Of a DNA stretch of 64,000 nucleotides, positions 20,770 to 33,228 are shown in pieces (position 1 is the stretch's first letter; every line of letters starts with the position of its first letter). The notes beneath the pieces were generated by a model. That model did not search any database. It saw only the letters and a list, made by a program, of their open reading frames with translations, and was not told the DNA's origin. This stretch comes from Azolla caroliniana (taxonomy: Eukaryota; Plantae; Polypodiophyta). Made by a program: the position numbers and the translations under genes. The DNA is taken from assembly GCA_043228905.1 (NCBI GenBank), contig JBHGNT010000005.1:3348001-3412000 (forward strand). The letters run 5' to 3'.

Positions 20770-23700
20770 TGAGAATCCTAACATGCAATGTGCAGGGCCT
20801 TGGTGGAGGCCGGCAACATCACGAGTGCAAAAGACTTCGGGAGGAGTTGAATCCCTTTAATATTGGGGGCAACATCGACATATTGCTTTTGCAAGAACAC
20901 CACCTCTCTCAAGAGAGAGCTCAGAGCCTAGTAAACCCCTTGTCGGGTGGGTGAACCACGTGGTGGTCGGCTGCACAGGGTGACCTCCACCGAAGGGGAG
21001 GGGAGGGGTCTACATCTCGATCAGCGATAAGGCCCGTTACGAAGTAACATCACATGGCACGCTGGTGGCAGGAAGAGCCTTATATGTGCTTCTGAAATGG
21101 AACAGCCTTCAAATTGGGGTGTTAAACATTTATGCCCCTAACTCTTCCCCCGAGAGAGCAATCTTTTGGCGGATGTTAGCGACAACATTGCCTGAGGCAG
21201 AGGCGTGGATAATGGCTGGTGATTTCAACATGACGGAGCACCTGGGGGATAGGAAAGGGGGGACCCAAAGACCGCTTCATGGTGCGGAGTTGGACTTGTG
21301 GGCTTTCCTAATCGGCAAAATTGGGGTGAAGGATACATTGGGCTCCTCCCTTAGAAGATGCTCACACTCGCTTCACTTCTCCCGAGCTGCCGCGAATGCT
21401 AGGGGTGGTAGTCTTGCACGGCTAGACTGCATATACATCAGCTCGTCCCTCGAAGAGTTGGGGGGCTCCTTTGCTATCTTGGCAGGTCTCACCTTCTCTG
21501 ATCACCAGCCGATGAGATTAGACCTTAACCCACCCCGTGGCAGCAAGGGGAGTCTCAATGTGAAAATCCCCACAAAGATCATGAAGAGTGCAAAGGTGAA
21601 GGCAGGGTTGCAAAGTATATGGCAGGAGACCATTGTAAGTGAATCGGCCAGTGAGGATCTGCAGAAAAAATTGACCCTCTCCTCCTCCTTTTTACAGCAA
21701 GAAACCAAGCTGGCCCTTCAGCAGGCTAGAGCCATTGAAACAAAATTACGGAAATCCGTTGCGGCCGCGCAACGGCTGTTGCAAGCAGACCCTAGTTGCA
21801 ATTGGTCTAGACCCAAGTTGGAGGAAGCAAAGATAAAGCTGCGGGAAAGGATGTTGGAGAAGAACCGCATGTTGTTTCGAAGGACCGCAGCATGGTGGGC
21901 TAGAAAAGATGACAAGGTCAACCACCATTTCTTTCACTACAGGGTACCCAAGGGTGGAGGTGGACATATACAAGGGCTTCGCAAACCAGATGGTTCAATA
22001 ACGAAGGACAAGGATGAGATTCTGCATATGGCGACAGAATACTATTGTGACCTGCTCGCACCTGTGCATATGCAACAAAGCATGGAGCTGGTTGAGAGGG
22101 TGTTGGCTTGCATTCACTCCAAGGTAACCCACGAGATGGAAGTTGTGCTCGACAGCCCCATTTCTCGATTAGAACTCTCGGAAGCACTTAGGGAATTGCG
22201 GAGAGGAGCATGCCCCGGCCCCGATGGTCTCTCACGAGATTTTTTTGAGATTCATTGGGACACTGTTATCCCGTCATTGGAAGCCGGGGTTCAGGAGATT
22301 TGGGCCTCGGGAACGGTTCCATCTGGCATGGCTGAGGGGATGATCTATCTCATCCCTAAAGCGGCAGGGCGAAGCCTAGAGCTGCGCCAATGGCGTCCAA
22401 TCACGATCCTTAACACGATATACAAGATACTTGCAAAAGTCTTAGCTAGGCGGATAGCAAGCTTCTTATCGGACATCATTCACGAGAATCAAACTGGGTT
22501 TATCAAGGGTAGGTGTATCTTTGATAATGTATTTCTTCTCTGGGAAGTTATGGCATTAGTAGATCGTGCCGTATCGAGCTCGGCTATTCTACTGTTAGAC
22601 TTTGAGAAGGCCTATGACAGGGTATTATGGTCGTTTTTGGAAAGAGTGATGAGCGTTATGGGCCTACCCCAACAATGGAGGAATTGCACTTCTGCACTCT
22701 ATTGGAATGCTTCTAGTAGCGTGTTGGTAGCTGGTGCTAGGAGCCCTGCCTTCCAACTACATCGCTCAGTGAGGCAAGGCTGTCCCCTAGCTCCATATCT
22801 CTACCTATTTGTCACTGAGGCTTTCTCTGCTTATTTACAAGCACCAAGCAACGGATTGAGGGGATTGTCCATCCCCAATGCGTCTGAAGATCTGTTGTTA
22901 TCTGAATATGCCGACGATACAGTCCTTTTCTTGCAGGGCGATGACGCGAATCTGCAGCGGGCTGAACAGCTTGTTGAGGACCTTTGTCAGGCTGCTGGAG
23001 CCAAGATCAATTGGGATAAAACCCAAGGCCTCTGGTTCAGCGAACAAGAGAAGCCAAGGTGGCAACCCCACGCTGATTTTGCATGGGTCCCTGATGGGAC
23101 GACATTCAAATACCTAGGATTTACGATGGGGAGGGCAATCCCCAAGGGAGTGCAATTGTCACATGTGCAAACCAAAATAAGCAAGAAGCTGATCCAATGG
23201 AGCATATCTAAACTTTCCTTCGCTGGTAGGGTTCTTATTGCGAACCAAGTGTTGCTCGCCACCATGTGGCACTCAGTCTCCTGCTGGATTATGGATCCCT
23301 CAAGTTTGCTCGCGATTAAGGCTGCCATCAGGGGGTTTATATGGTCAGGTAAGGACAACCCGTTTGCTACCGCTAGAGTGTCATGGCATTGGTTAACACA
23401 ACCGCGGGCCAAAAGGGGGCTTGGTCTCATAGACCCCTTAATGTAGAGCCGAGCATTGCTAGCCAAAATGGTGGTTTGATGCCTCTTGCCAAGTAAGGGG
23501 TGTTGGAAGGTACTACTTCGCAATAGGCTGCAAGCAGGGACGCCCAAGTATGGTAGGCCTTGGCCAGATTCCTTGAATTGGTGTTGCACGAGTGGAGTCC
23601 CTCCCAAGTTGGCTTGTCAACCGGAGGAGAGGGTCACGAACTCCATCTTGCGGGCATGGTGTCACGTAAGACGTCATTTGGTCAAGCACACGCCAGAGAC

Positions 23701-25060
23701 ACTAGTCGAGTGGGCTAGACAACCATTATTTTGGAACCCTCAAGTGCGGTCAAGTGGTGACATGATGTTAGGGCAGCTTAAGGGCCTAGCCTGGGGAAAG
23801 TTGGCGCAAACAGGGCTCCTCTCTATAGATGATTGGAGACACACGGTGGCTTCAGGAGGGGACCAAGAGGTCCCGTTCCCTCCCCTCAAGGGAGCCATGA
23901 AAATGCGGAGATTGATAGCTGAGGCACTTGATAGGGTCTCGATGGGGGAGGTGAGAGAAGATACATGGTTCGGTCTCTTTGATGAGACTGGTGTGGTTAA
24001 GTTGCTGAAGGGTGTGAGTGGATCGAGACGAGATACAATTTTTGGGGAGAGGCAGAGTAGGGGCTCTTGGCACCCAATCCGCGTGGTGGCGCAGGTTGGT
24101 AACATCTGGAAAACAGACCCGGATGTTGCTAAGGTGGAACCCCATTGGAAGTTATGGGTATATGGTGGTTGTCCCCTCATCGAGCTAGAATGGGACCCAG
24201 GGGATTTCAGGTGGAAACAAGATGGCAGACTTCGCCATTTCTTCGAGTACAGCACTAAATTGGGTCGGACTTTACAATTGCAGCTAGATGGCCCCTTACG
24301 CAATGGCTGGCATACATTGGGCATCCCTGATGAGGTGCTCATTACTTTTTGGAAAGGTCTCTGGCGTCTCCACATGCCTGAAAAGATCAAGTTTTTTTGG
24401 TGGCAGATCAGTCATAATGTGGTTCCCATTGGCGAATGGTTAGGTAAACGTGGCGACCCGTTAGGCTGCCCACTCTGCCCTTCACCTATTGAGACTCTGA
24501 GGCACTGTCTATGGGATTGCTCTCAAGCTCAAAAGGTATGGGATAGAGTGACTCGCCTCCTTGTGGCTTGTGAAGTGGAAGGAACCGCATCGTGGAGTAC
24601 TGCGGCATGGATTGATCACTCCGACGATAGGTGGACGGACGCCTTCAATGCGGATAGCTGGTGCTATGTATGCATTGGAGGCAAAATCGCCAAGATTCGT
24701 TATGGAAGAGGCTTGCAGTCCGCATCCCCTAGGTTCTCGGAAATTTGGATGTTGATCGCAGGCTTTACCATGTGGTATATATGGAAAGTGCGTTGCCTGA
24801 AGGTTTTTCAGGATCTGGTGCGACCCCCGGAGGAAGTGATCATGGACATATGGTTTGCTCTTATCAACTGCCTACAAGGGCAATTGGACGAGGTTTGTAG
24901 CCATTCCAACGATGTGGTCACTGCCCGTTTACGCTTTTGGCAAAAATGGCGGAACATGCCTATGGTGACACAAGGAGGAAGTGGTCCGAGGTGGAACTAC
25001 CAGCCCCCACACTGGTTGTTTCCGAGTCACTTGCCGCCCTCCCTGCGGTGTAGGCCCTAG
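20769..25060 (+). pseudogene. LINE ORF2 (AP endonuclease, reverse transcriptase, zf-RVT)
   Basis: Endonuclease motifs MRILTCNVQG, LQEHH, GDFN and SDHQP. RT motifs WRPITILN, DFEKAYD, RQGCPLAP and YADD. CPLC...HCLWDC finger. Stops at 20952, 23444 and 23477, and a frameshift near the G-run at about 21000. Confidence 0.93.
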
Positions 25061-28000
25061 GAGGTGTCTCGTACTAGCCAAAATTGACGGGCACCATTTT
25101 TAGCTATAGGTATCTGCTTATATTGAGTAGTCAACCCGATATGCTAAGTAACTAATCTCATTTTCTTGTACTTGTTCGGAGGGAGATTTCCCGATTTGTA
25201 TATAAGCCCCGTGTACAGTCTTTTTGTAATAATCCTTCCTAACTAATGGGAAAGTAGCTTCATTTTGGGAAAAAAAAAAGTAACTATATATTTTTTAATC
25301 TATGTATATAAACTACTATTTTGGTAACCATATTCACTACTTATAATTAATTGAGCTTAGAGATTTAGATATCTATCCAGTCACCAATGATTATATCATC
25401 AAATCTAGCAACAGTATGTTCATATGTGCATTTTTATCATAAAATCTAGCAATATATCATGTATATTGGTTTATGAGTATGATGTTTTTGTGATATTTTA
25501 TTGTGGATGCATATGTGTGCAATATATGGTGTTATTCACTCATTTGAAGTAGATAAAGTATTCAAACCATAAGTTTGGAAGTTTGTAATGATCAAAGAAC
25601 TTAGTTGACACTCCCATAGGGGAAATTACCTCATTTCCTAAATTTTATGCTTGTCTTATTGTGATTCCTTTACTAATTTTGAATGTTTATTTTGTTTTGA
25701 TACATAATTTGCTATTAACTTTCCTACTTTCATTATGTGATTTGTGTTTATCTAGCAGCAGTTTATAAATCAAATCTTAAAAGTTGGGGAAGTAAAATTA
25801 ATTCTCTTGATCGAATGATTTGTCGAATATCTTCTAGAAAGGACCAAAAGCACCATAGATTTTAATAATTTGATGTCCCCTTGTACAGGTCCTAAATTTC
25901 ACCTTGTATTGAGAAATATAAAATTAAGACATATAAGGAAGTGATTCAAGTAATAATGATCATGTTCATTGTCCCTTTTCTAATATGCCCTTGTACTTTA
26001 AAGTGCAAGGGTTTCATTTCAAACAAAACCAATATCTTGGATAACTCTTTTATGAAACTTTGTTTCAATGTTTTTATAGCCATCATTCATTTATCATTGT
26101 CCTAAAATAGGGCAAAGGGTATGATTCAATGATATTGAAATGACATATGATACTTCTTATGTTATACTAGTTCACTGCATTTTATAAGCTCAATTAGTTA
26201 ACCTTCACGAATAAATAAAGGTCAAGGATACAAATTTGAAATTAGTGTCTACATATCTAATGTTCTAAAATGGGGCAAAATAATAATGCAAATCCTGAAA
26301 GTCACAAACTAAAAGCACATGGCACCATCAAGGATTTGATTGGAATGACATTGTATTAACCTCCTTTACCCTCCACACGTACAATACTATCCATGATTGA
26401 CATGAACCAATGTCGACTTGGAAAGAAAGATGTAATATAGTTAGGATATATGGTGGTGTCATGACCTTGATTAAGTGTGGACCACAACACCCAATGCAAA
26501 GGTGGAAACATACCGAAGGTTTGTGGCCATCCAAACCTTGTGATGGATGTGATCATGTCATGAAATTTTGGCTATACCAAATGTTCCCTTGTCTTATACC
26601 CCTTTTACCGACTAGTTTGATGTATTATAAGCTTGTTTTGCTAGTTGGAGGATTGATTGACCTTGTGAAGTCTAAATGTGCTTTCTCTTCTCTTCTTTCT
26701 TACTTCCTGTCCTCCATTTTTTTTCTTATCCTCTTTCTAAAGCCACCCAAAAAATTTGTTTCAGAGATTGCCTTTGGTTCATAAATGCAACGAAGCTTTG
26801 AGGTAGAGGTGCCTTATTAAACCATTGAATTAAGGAACATGGGATCTCCATAACATTAATGTTGGTATCTAACTATGCAATTATTTAATTGATTCTTGAG
26901 GATTTAACTACAAGATATCAAATACATTTCACAAGTATGTAGAGCAAATAGCATACTCTTTCATATGTCTTTGTAATTTAACACATGGACAATCACCAAC
27001 TACATTGGAGATAGAAGAGTCATCAAAGATTAGTGGGAGTTTTGAAATGTGAGACTTCTTATTAGACCACTTTAATTTTCTCCTCTTCCTATTTCACAGT
27101 TTGCAAGGAACGTCGTGTTGTAAACAAAAGCATTGACATTGACACCTAGAGTTAAAGTCATACATAAAGTGATGAGTAGGCTACAAATGTTTCCAAACTT
27201 GGTGAAAGCTGACAGACATAGTTGGAGAAAGCAATAGAAATGGAAAGAAATTTGATGTACTAGAAGGATGATGCGAGTAGGAGAAAGTTGATTGACATAT
27301 TTGTTTTTTATGTACCAAAGGTTGTGACCATGAAGTGAAGCAACAATGACATTGTGATCACGAAATGAATTTTATAGTAAACAAAAAAGCAACATTATCA
27401 ACAAAGTGAATCCATTTTACCTTGAGACATCATTTAATTTCTATCAACAAAAAAACGATACTTTTCTGTTTTGCACCAATATGAGTTAATGTTTCCACAC
27501 TATGTTGAAAAGAGAATTCGATGCATTTATTCACTCGATGGATTTCAGTCGATCCATTCACATTGTAACATTCAAGTCAATTCATTCACACCTATTGTTT
27601 CTCATTCTCTTTTTCCCAATCCAAACTTTTGATTTCTTGGGTGGAAAAATGCCTAAAACTAGTGCCTAGTCATAGTGCTATACGATAATAAGACTCTTAT
27701 TTAACTAGGCAAGGGTTACTGTTAGCTTTCCCATTTGATGCATGAGATACATGAAATTCTAAGAAAACACAAGAACAAATTTACGAGAATTTAGTAGAGG
27801 ATTTAATCTGAAGACGATGTATTAAATTTGTACTTGACATCCTATTAACTTGTGTCTTGTTCTACTATATTCCTAGAAGTATTTAATGCCTGAAAAGGTA
27901 TCTCGGCCGATAGTAAAGACAAGTTTTCTAAATAGTGTTGTGATCTATGTTTGTCGTCTCAACTCGACATGAATCAACAAGGGCGACCATGCCCTACAAC

Positions 28001-31000
28001 TTACAAAACCAAGGCCCAAGAGTATAGAGTCTCCTTTCTAGGCATAAAAGCCAAACAAAACACAGTCTTTTAAGATTTCAATATAGCTATAGACTCTACA
28101 CCTAAAACATTTACGGCACATAATTTTAGGTGTAGTTGAAACAATGAAGCTATAATCTACATCATTTAAGAATAATTGACTGCAGAACGCATTAAAAGAA
28201 ATATGCTCGATGTCCAAGAGAGATTTGGAATCAATGTAGTAACTTCTCGAGGCTGTCAACAAACAATAGAAAGTACCTAGATCAAACTATGTAGTAACTT
28301 CCCAAGGTGGTTAGAAAACACCAATTACTTCCCACATCCAACTAGATAGTAACTCACTCTAGGGGTGGTTAGCAAACAAAACTAAATGCGTGACTTAAAT
28401 TTTCTTTTTGCCAATCGGTCATTAAAGCGGAATATATGATGCCAACTATGCAAGTCATGTTTTCACTCACAAATTATATGTCTGTTTGTATGGATACTGT
28501 AGTCCATCCAATGGCCATACCCAAAGTAAGAAAAGGTGTTCTACAAACAATTGTCAGACTATAGATTGTGTATCTTAAAGTTAGGATGGGGATAACTAGC
28601 TAGACCAACACACGAACGTACCATCAAAACGTATAAGCATTAGAGTTTTCTTTATGAGGCTTCTCCAAACTTTTTGAACAAACTAAAAATATTGAAATAG
28701 GTCAATATATTACAAGACGTCGAGTACCAAGTTATGTATGCATGGCATCAATTCATGAGTTTGAAAATGATACCTCATGTACTAGTTTATAGGTCAAGGC
28801 GCAATACATTACATGGATTGATCGAGTACAAATCCACAACTTTTTTGTATATTGTAGCATCAAGTCACACCTTTAAAAATAAGTGCTAAAAAACATATGC
28901 AATACTATCATATACCTATGTTGAGAAACTTAAAGAAATTTCAACTCTCAAAATTCTAATGTAATATTGTAAAGCTATTGATTTGAAATGTTTTATTACT
29001 TGAGATATGCTCGTGATGACATGCAAAGATTTACAAGATGCACTGATTATTAGAAATAGGGGTATGCACATATGATCATTGTCTTCTTCTTTATCATTAA
29101 CAACAAAGTTGTCGACCATCAAACACGTTGCTAGACAACGACACCATTGCCAACTAGTGGATTATTCCAATGGTAGTGAGAGGCTATAATATAAATAGTA
29201 GTAGCATCATCCTAGAAAATATTGAAGCATCTCCAATGCATTAATGTGCATTGAATTGATCACATGACTTTTTTCTTTGCATGCTATTGTGTTTTCAAAC
29301 TCCCTACAATGTCTCTCTCTCTTCTTCTTTTTGAACACACAATCTCTCTCTCTCTCTCTCTCTAAGACGATAATATAATCTATCTATCTACTCTCTAAGT
29401 CGAGAAGCATATATTATAAATGCATCTTCTAGTGCTTTGGAAAGACAAATAAAATACCAACAATATGGCTGTTTCACAAGGTGGATACAAAAAAGTCAAT
29501 AAATTTGTTCTATGTAAGTGTTTTTTGCGTAAGCCTACGTGTCTGTTTAGGCATTTAACAAGGTGAATACGTCCAATAAGTATTTAACCAACCGGAGAAA
29601 AAGAGATATATGTAAGCATGTTTTTAGAACCAAAATACTTGACATTGATAAAACCATCTACATTTGCAAAGATTCATTTTATCAAGGTCATTAAAAAAAG
29701 AAACAATTAATATTTTAGTCCAAGCTCGAAATGTCTAATCAAAATTTGAATTTATAACATTTCTAATCTTTAGAAGGATCCCCTGTTTTTACAAGGGGGT
29801 ACAAGGGGGAGAATATTTACTAGACTAATATGAAGCTCCAACAACTTTGTCACATGCCATTTCTCTTGAAAGACAATACGAACTAAAGACAAAGACATGT
29901 CTATTGGAAAATGGCATTATTACAATGGGTACAAATACAAAGCTTGAGAAAAATACATCTCCACGTGAAGGAAAATAATGTGATCGGCAAAGAAGAAACA
30001 AATCTGACTTGTTTTGGAACGGAAATCAACATAAAGGAACTATACGAAAGAAAAAACAAACTCACAAGGGATCATCCGATTTAGAAGAAGATAAGACACT
30101 CAAACAAGGTGTCAAAATTGTACAAAAAATGGTAAGGTTGGGAATCGGAAGATTCGATCAAATGAATTTAAATTTTAAATAAAAAAGTGGTGGAGATGAA
30201 TTCACATTCCCTCTTTTTGCTTCTTTTTTTACAAATTGTGAGATTCTTTGGCGGGAAACATTGCTCAAAAACGAAAAGAATCCCCATCGAAATTTCATTT
30301 CAATTCATTTCCATTTGGGGGATGCCGAAAGAAGCGCTTGCACAAGTTTGAGGAGTTCTTACCCCCAAAATTTATACTGTTGTGAAATTGATTAGAAATG
30401 TTATTGTTACACTTATTATTGGATTTGGGTGAGTTGCAAATTTTCATGTGTGACTTCATCTCTACTTTCACCTTCCTCCTGCAACACCAATTTAAGCAAT
30501 TAGTGTTGACAAGTAATTATGTTAATTATGCATAAGTTCCTACCAATCATTTCATTAGCTACAATAATTGAAAGTATGTCCTTGTTAGTGTACTTTTGTG
30601 CATTAAATGATTATAAATTTAAGAGAACTCGAGAGTTATAAGCAATCACTGGACACCTTAATCACAATTACAGGTAAAACCATGTTTATCTTATTATAGC
30701 CGGTGTGACATGTAAGTTAAAGGAAGTTCCTCCTTTCCTAGGGGCAAGGGACAAAGGAGCTAGAATAATTGTCATAAAGACATTTTGTTCTTATTTCCTT
30801 GTGTATATTTTAATGTGAATGTCTTACTAGAGTTGGGAGAAGGCCCTTTTTTCAAAAGGACTATTGCTTTTGTCAGAGATGGACCACATAAAACACATCT
30901 ATAGAAAAGATAAAAATACAAAACCAAAGAAAAAGGAAGATGAGATATTCACATTGTCTCGAAAGTATTTTGAGCAGATCTTGTTAAGTGTTTGCAATGT

Positions 31001-32890
31001 GTCCACATATTAGACAACATCTTTGTGTGCATGATTATTGCTCTGCATAGAATTCTAGAATTATCCGAGACATTATATTTCCTCTTGTTTGCTCTTCGAC
31101 TACTCTCTTGGTGGTTTACGTTGTATCATCAAAAGCCATAAAGGTATGAGAACCCATGTTTTATCCTTAGCATGGGTGAATCTCCGACCATAGATAGTAT
31201 TCCATTGTCATCTGATGCTACTTTTTTACAGTTATCTCTCCTCTCTATTTATAAATGCCTAATCCAACTATCTCTCTTTTGTTTCAAAAACATGGTGGGC
31301 TCATAGGTACATAAAAAGTTTGCCTCGTCACAACTTATTTGGATATTCCGTTTGAAGCTCGAGACTTTTAATCATACAAACATGTGTTTATTTCGTGGCA
31401 CTAGTGTAACATGAATGCAACCTAATATGTTCGTGACAAAAAGATGAAAACAAAAGTAAAGCAAACCCATGCACTAAAATAATTTGCAAGTGGCTCAAAA
31501 TTGGTTACTATGCAATGTTATTGCTTTTCAACATTTTATTAGGTTGCACATGAGAAAGTACCGACCGTTGTTTAAAAGACGTAAAAAGACATTAACAATA
31601 CACTTGCAAATACCAATACACTTATGGTTAGCTTATACTATTGGTAATTTACGCGTTGCTATTACTTATAGATCGGGAAAGTGACATGTTCAATATGTGT
31701 AATACCAGTTTCCAAGGCTTAGAACATGGGAAGATAAATAACTTGCTAGATTGTATTTTTGTAATCTAAGAACTTTTTTAACGACAATATGAACACGTGT
31801 ACTTTTAGCTACTTCTAAGCCAGAATCCCTCAAATTATAGAAAGTCGCGACTACTTTCGATTTAGCTTTTCGTTTAATTACACCATGATTCCTAGTGTTG
31901 TCCTTATTGTTTAGAGACTACTTTACCTGAACCCAATTAAATAAAGCTAGCATCCACATCAAGCAACTTTTAGTAACATCCAAAAAGTATTCTCTTTTGA
32001 ATTTGCTTCAATATTCACCAACTGCAAATTGAAGTCTCTTTTTTTCCTTGGTCTCGACGTTTTTAAAACATTTCGAACGATCTTTGATATGGTTAAAGAG
32101 TTCGAATTTCTTTCTAGGTAAATGGCATTTCATGGTTGTGGTGTTAGACCACAAGGTTCTTGCAAGATTTGGTGTCCTAAAGATAAGGGATTTAAAGTGG
32201 TTACCTACTATGTAGATAATTGGTTAGGTTATTAGCCAAAGGTGCCAATTTATGGGCTAGCTATATTTTGATCTGCCAATGGTTGTCCCTATGTATGTAG
32301 AGCCCATCCACCGCTCTTAGTCCTCGGTTATCCCTTGGACTTCTAGTGCCTACCTTTATACTCACCTTTTCTATCTTGTCCCCTTTCTTCTGTTCTCGAC
32401 ACCCTCCAACCATTTGAAGTTGTTACATTATTTGTATCATAGGCTGGTTTCTGGTTCTAGCAGATGTCAAATCTATGCTCTCCCTAGCTTCATAAGAATG
32501 TCGAAATCTAATTCCTTTCCTCTATCATTCCCACTTTAATGTTGTTAAGGTTACGTTTGCATGGCCAACTAAACTTATAAAGAGAGTGTTACTAAGCAAA
32601 AAAAAAAAAACAGTCAAGACATGTCGCACATCATATGGTAAAAATCCACTTGTATTCGAATACAAGGTGGTCATAAAAAAGCTTCCAAAGCCGATAAGCT
32701 TCATTCCAAAGCTTTTAGTTCATTGCAATGGGGACAGGCACCTCTCTTCTGGATCGATCGATCCAAAACACAAGAATATGAAGCTTCATTCTAAAGCTTG
32801 GGGGGCACCTTTGGATCCAAAATACAAACATAATAAAACTGATAGTACTAAGGCCAATGCATAATATGATATGTCTGTGATTGGGTAGGC

Positions 32891-32990
32891 ACTACTACTA
32901 CCACTACTACTTCTACTACTACTACTACTACTACTACCACTACTTCTACTATTAGTAGTAGTTACAACTACTACTATTAGTAGTAGTAGT
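32891..32990. repeat. (CTA)n / (TAG)n microsatellite
   Basis: CTA runs followed by TAG runs, downstream of SOSEKI. Confidence 0.9.
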
Positions 32991-33182
32991 AAGTAGTTCA
33001 AACTACCACACTCCCTTGACATTACATTACATACAATGTGTGTGTGCATCATCTCCAACTCTCCACATTAACACTTCCACTTTGTGTAACGTTTTCGTAA
33101 TGTTTTGATCCCTCAAAATTTTACCAAAACCAAGCAAAAAAAGCCATGGAAATACATTCATACAGTGCATAGAGAGTGAGTT

Positions 33183-33220
33183 TTTAGGGTTTAGGGTTTA
33201 GGTTTTAGGTTTTAGGGTTT
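33183..33220 (+). repeat. Interstitial plant telomeric repeat, 5 units
   Basis: TTTAGGG TTTAGGG TTTAGGT TTTAGGT TTTAGGG TTT. Confidence 0.88.
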
Positions 33221-33228
33221 GGAGACAC

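Larger units (their letters stand above)
18972..25279 (+). mobile_element. Full-length L1-clade LINE, inactivated
   Basis: TSD AACTATATAT at 18962-71 and 25282-91. Poly(A) at 25270-79. ORF1 plus ORF2 layout. Confidence 0.92.

Noticed and set aside
30247-30258. E2F-like site TTTGGCGGGAAA
   Set aside because: A single occurrence in decayed intergenic DNA, with no associated gene start.
32050-32610. Possible LINE or SINE 3' end with poly(A) at 32597-32610
   Set aside because: No TSD or diagnostic motif identified.
32676-32800. Repeated AAGCTT hairpin-like segment as a miRNA precursor or the missing SOSEKI finger exon
   Set aside because: The stems are too short, and the CPHC peptide lacks the FKP and His/Cys residues of the finger.
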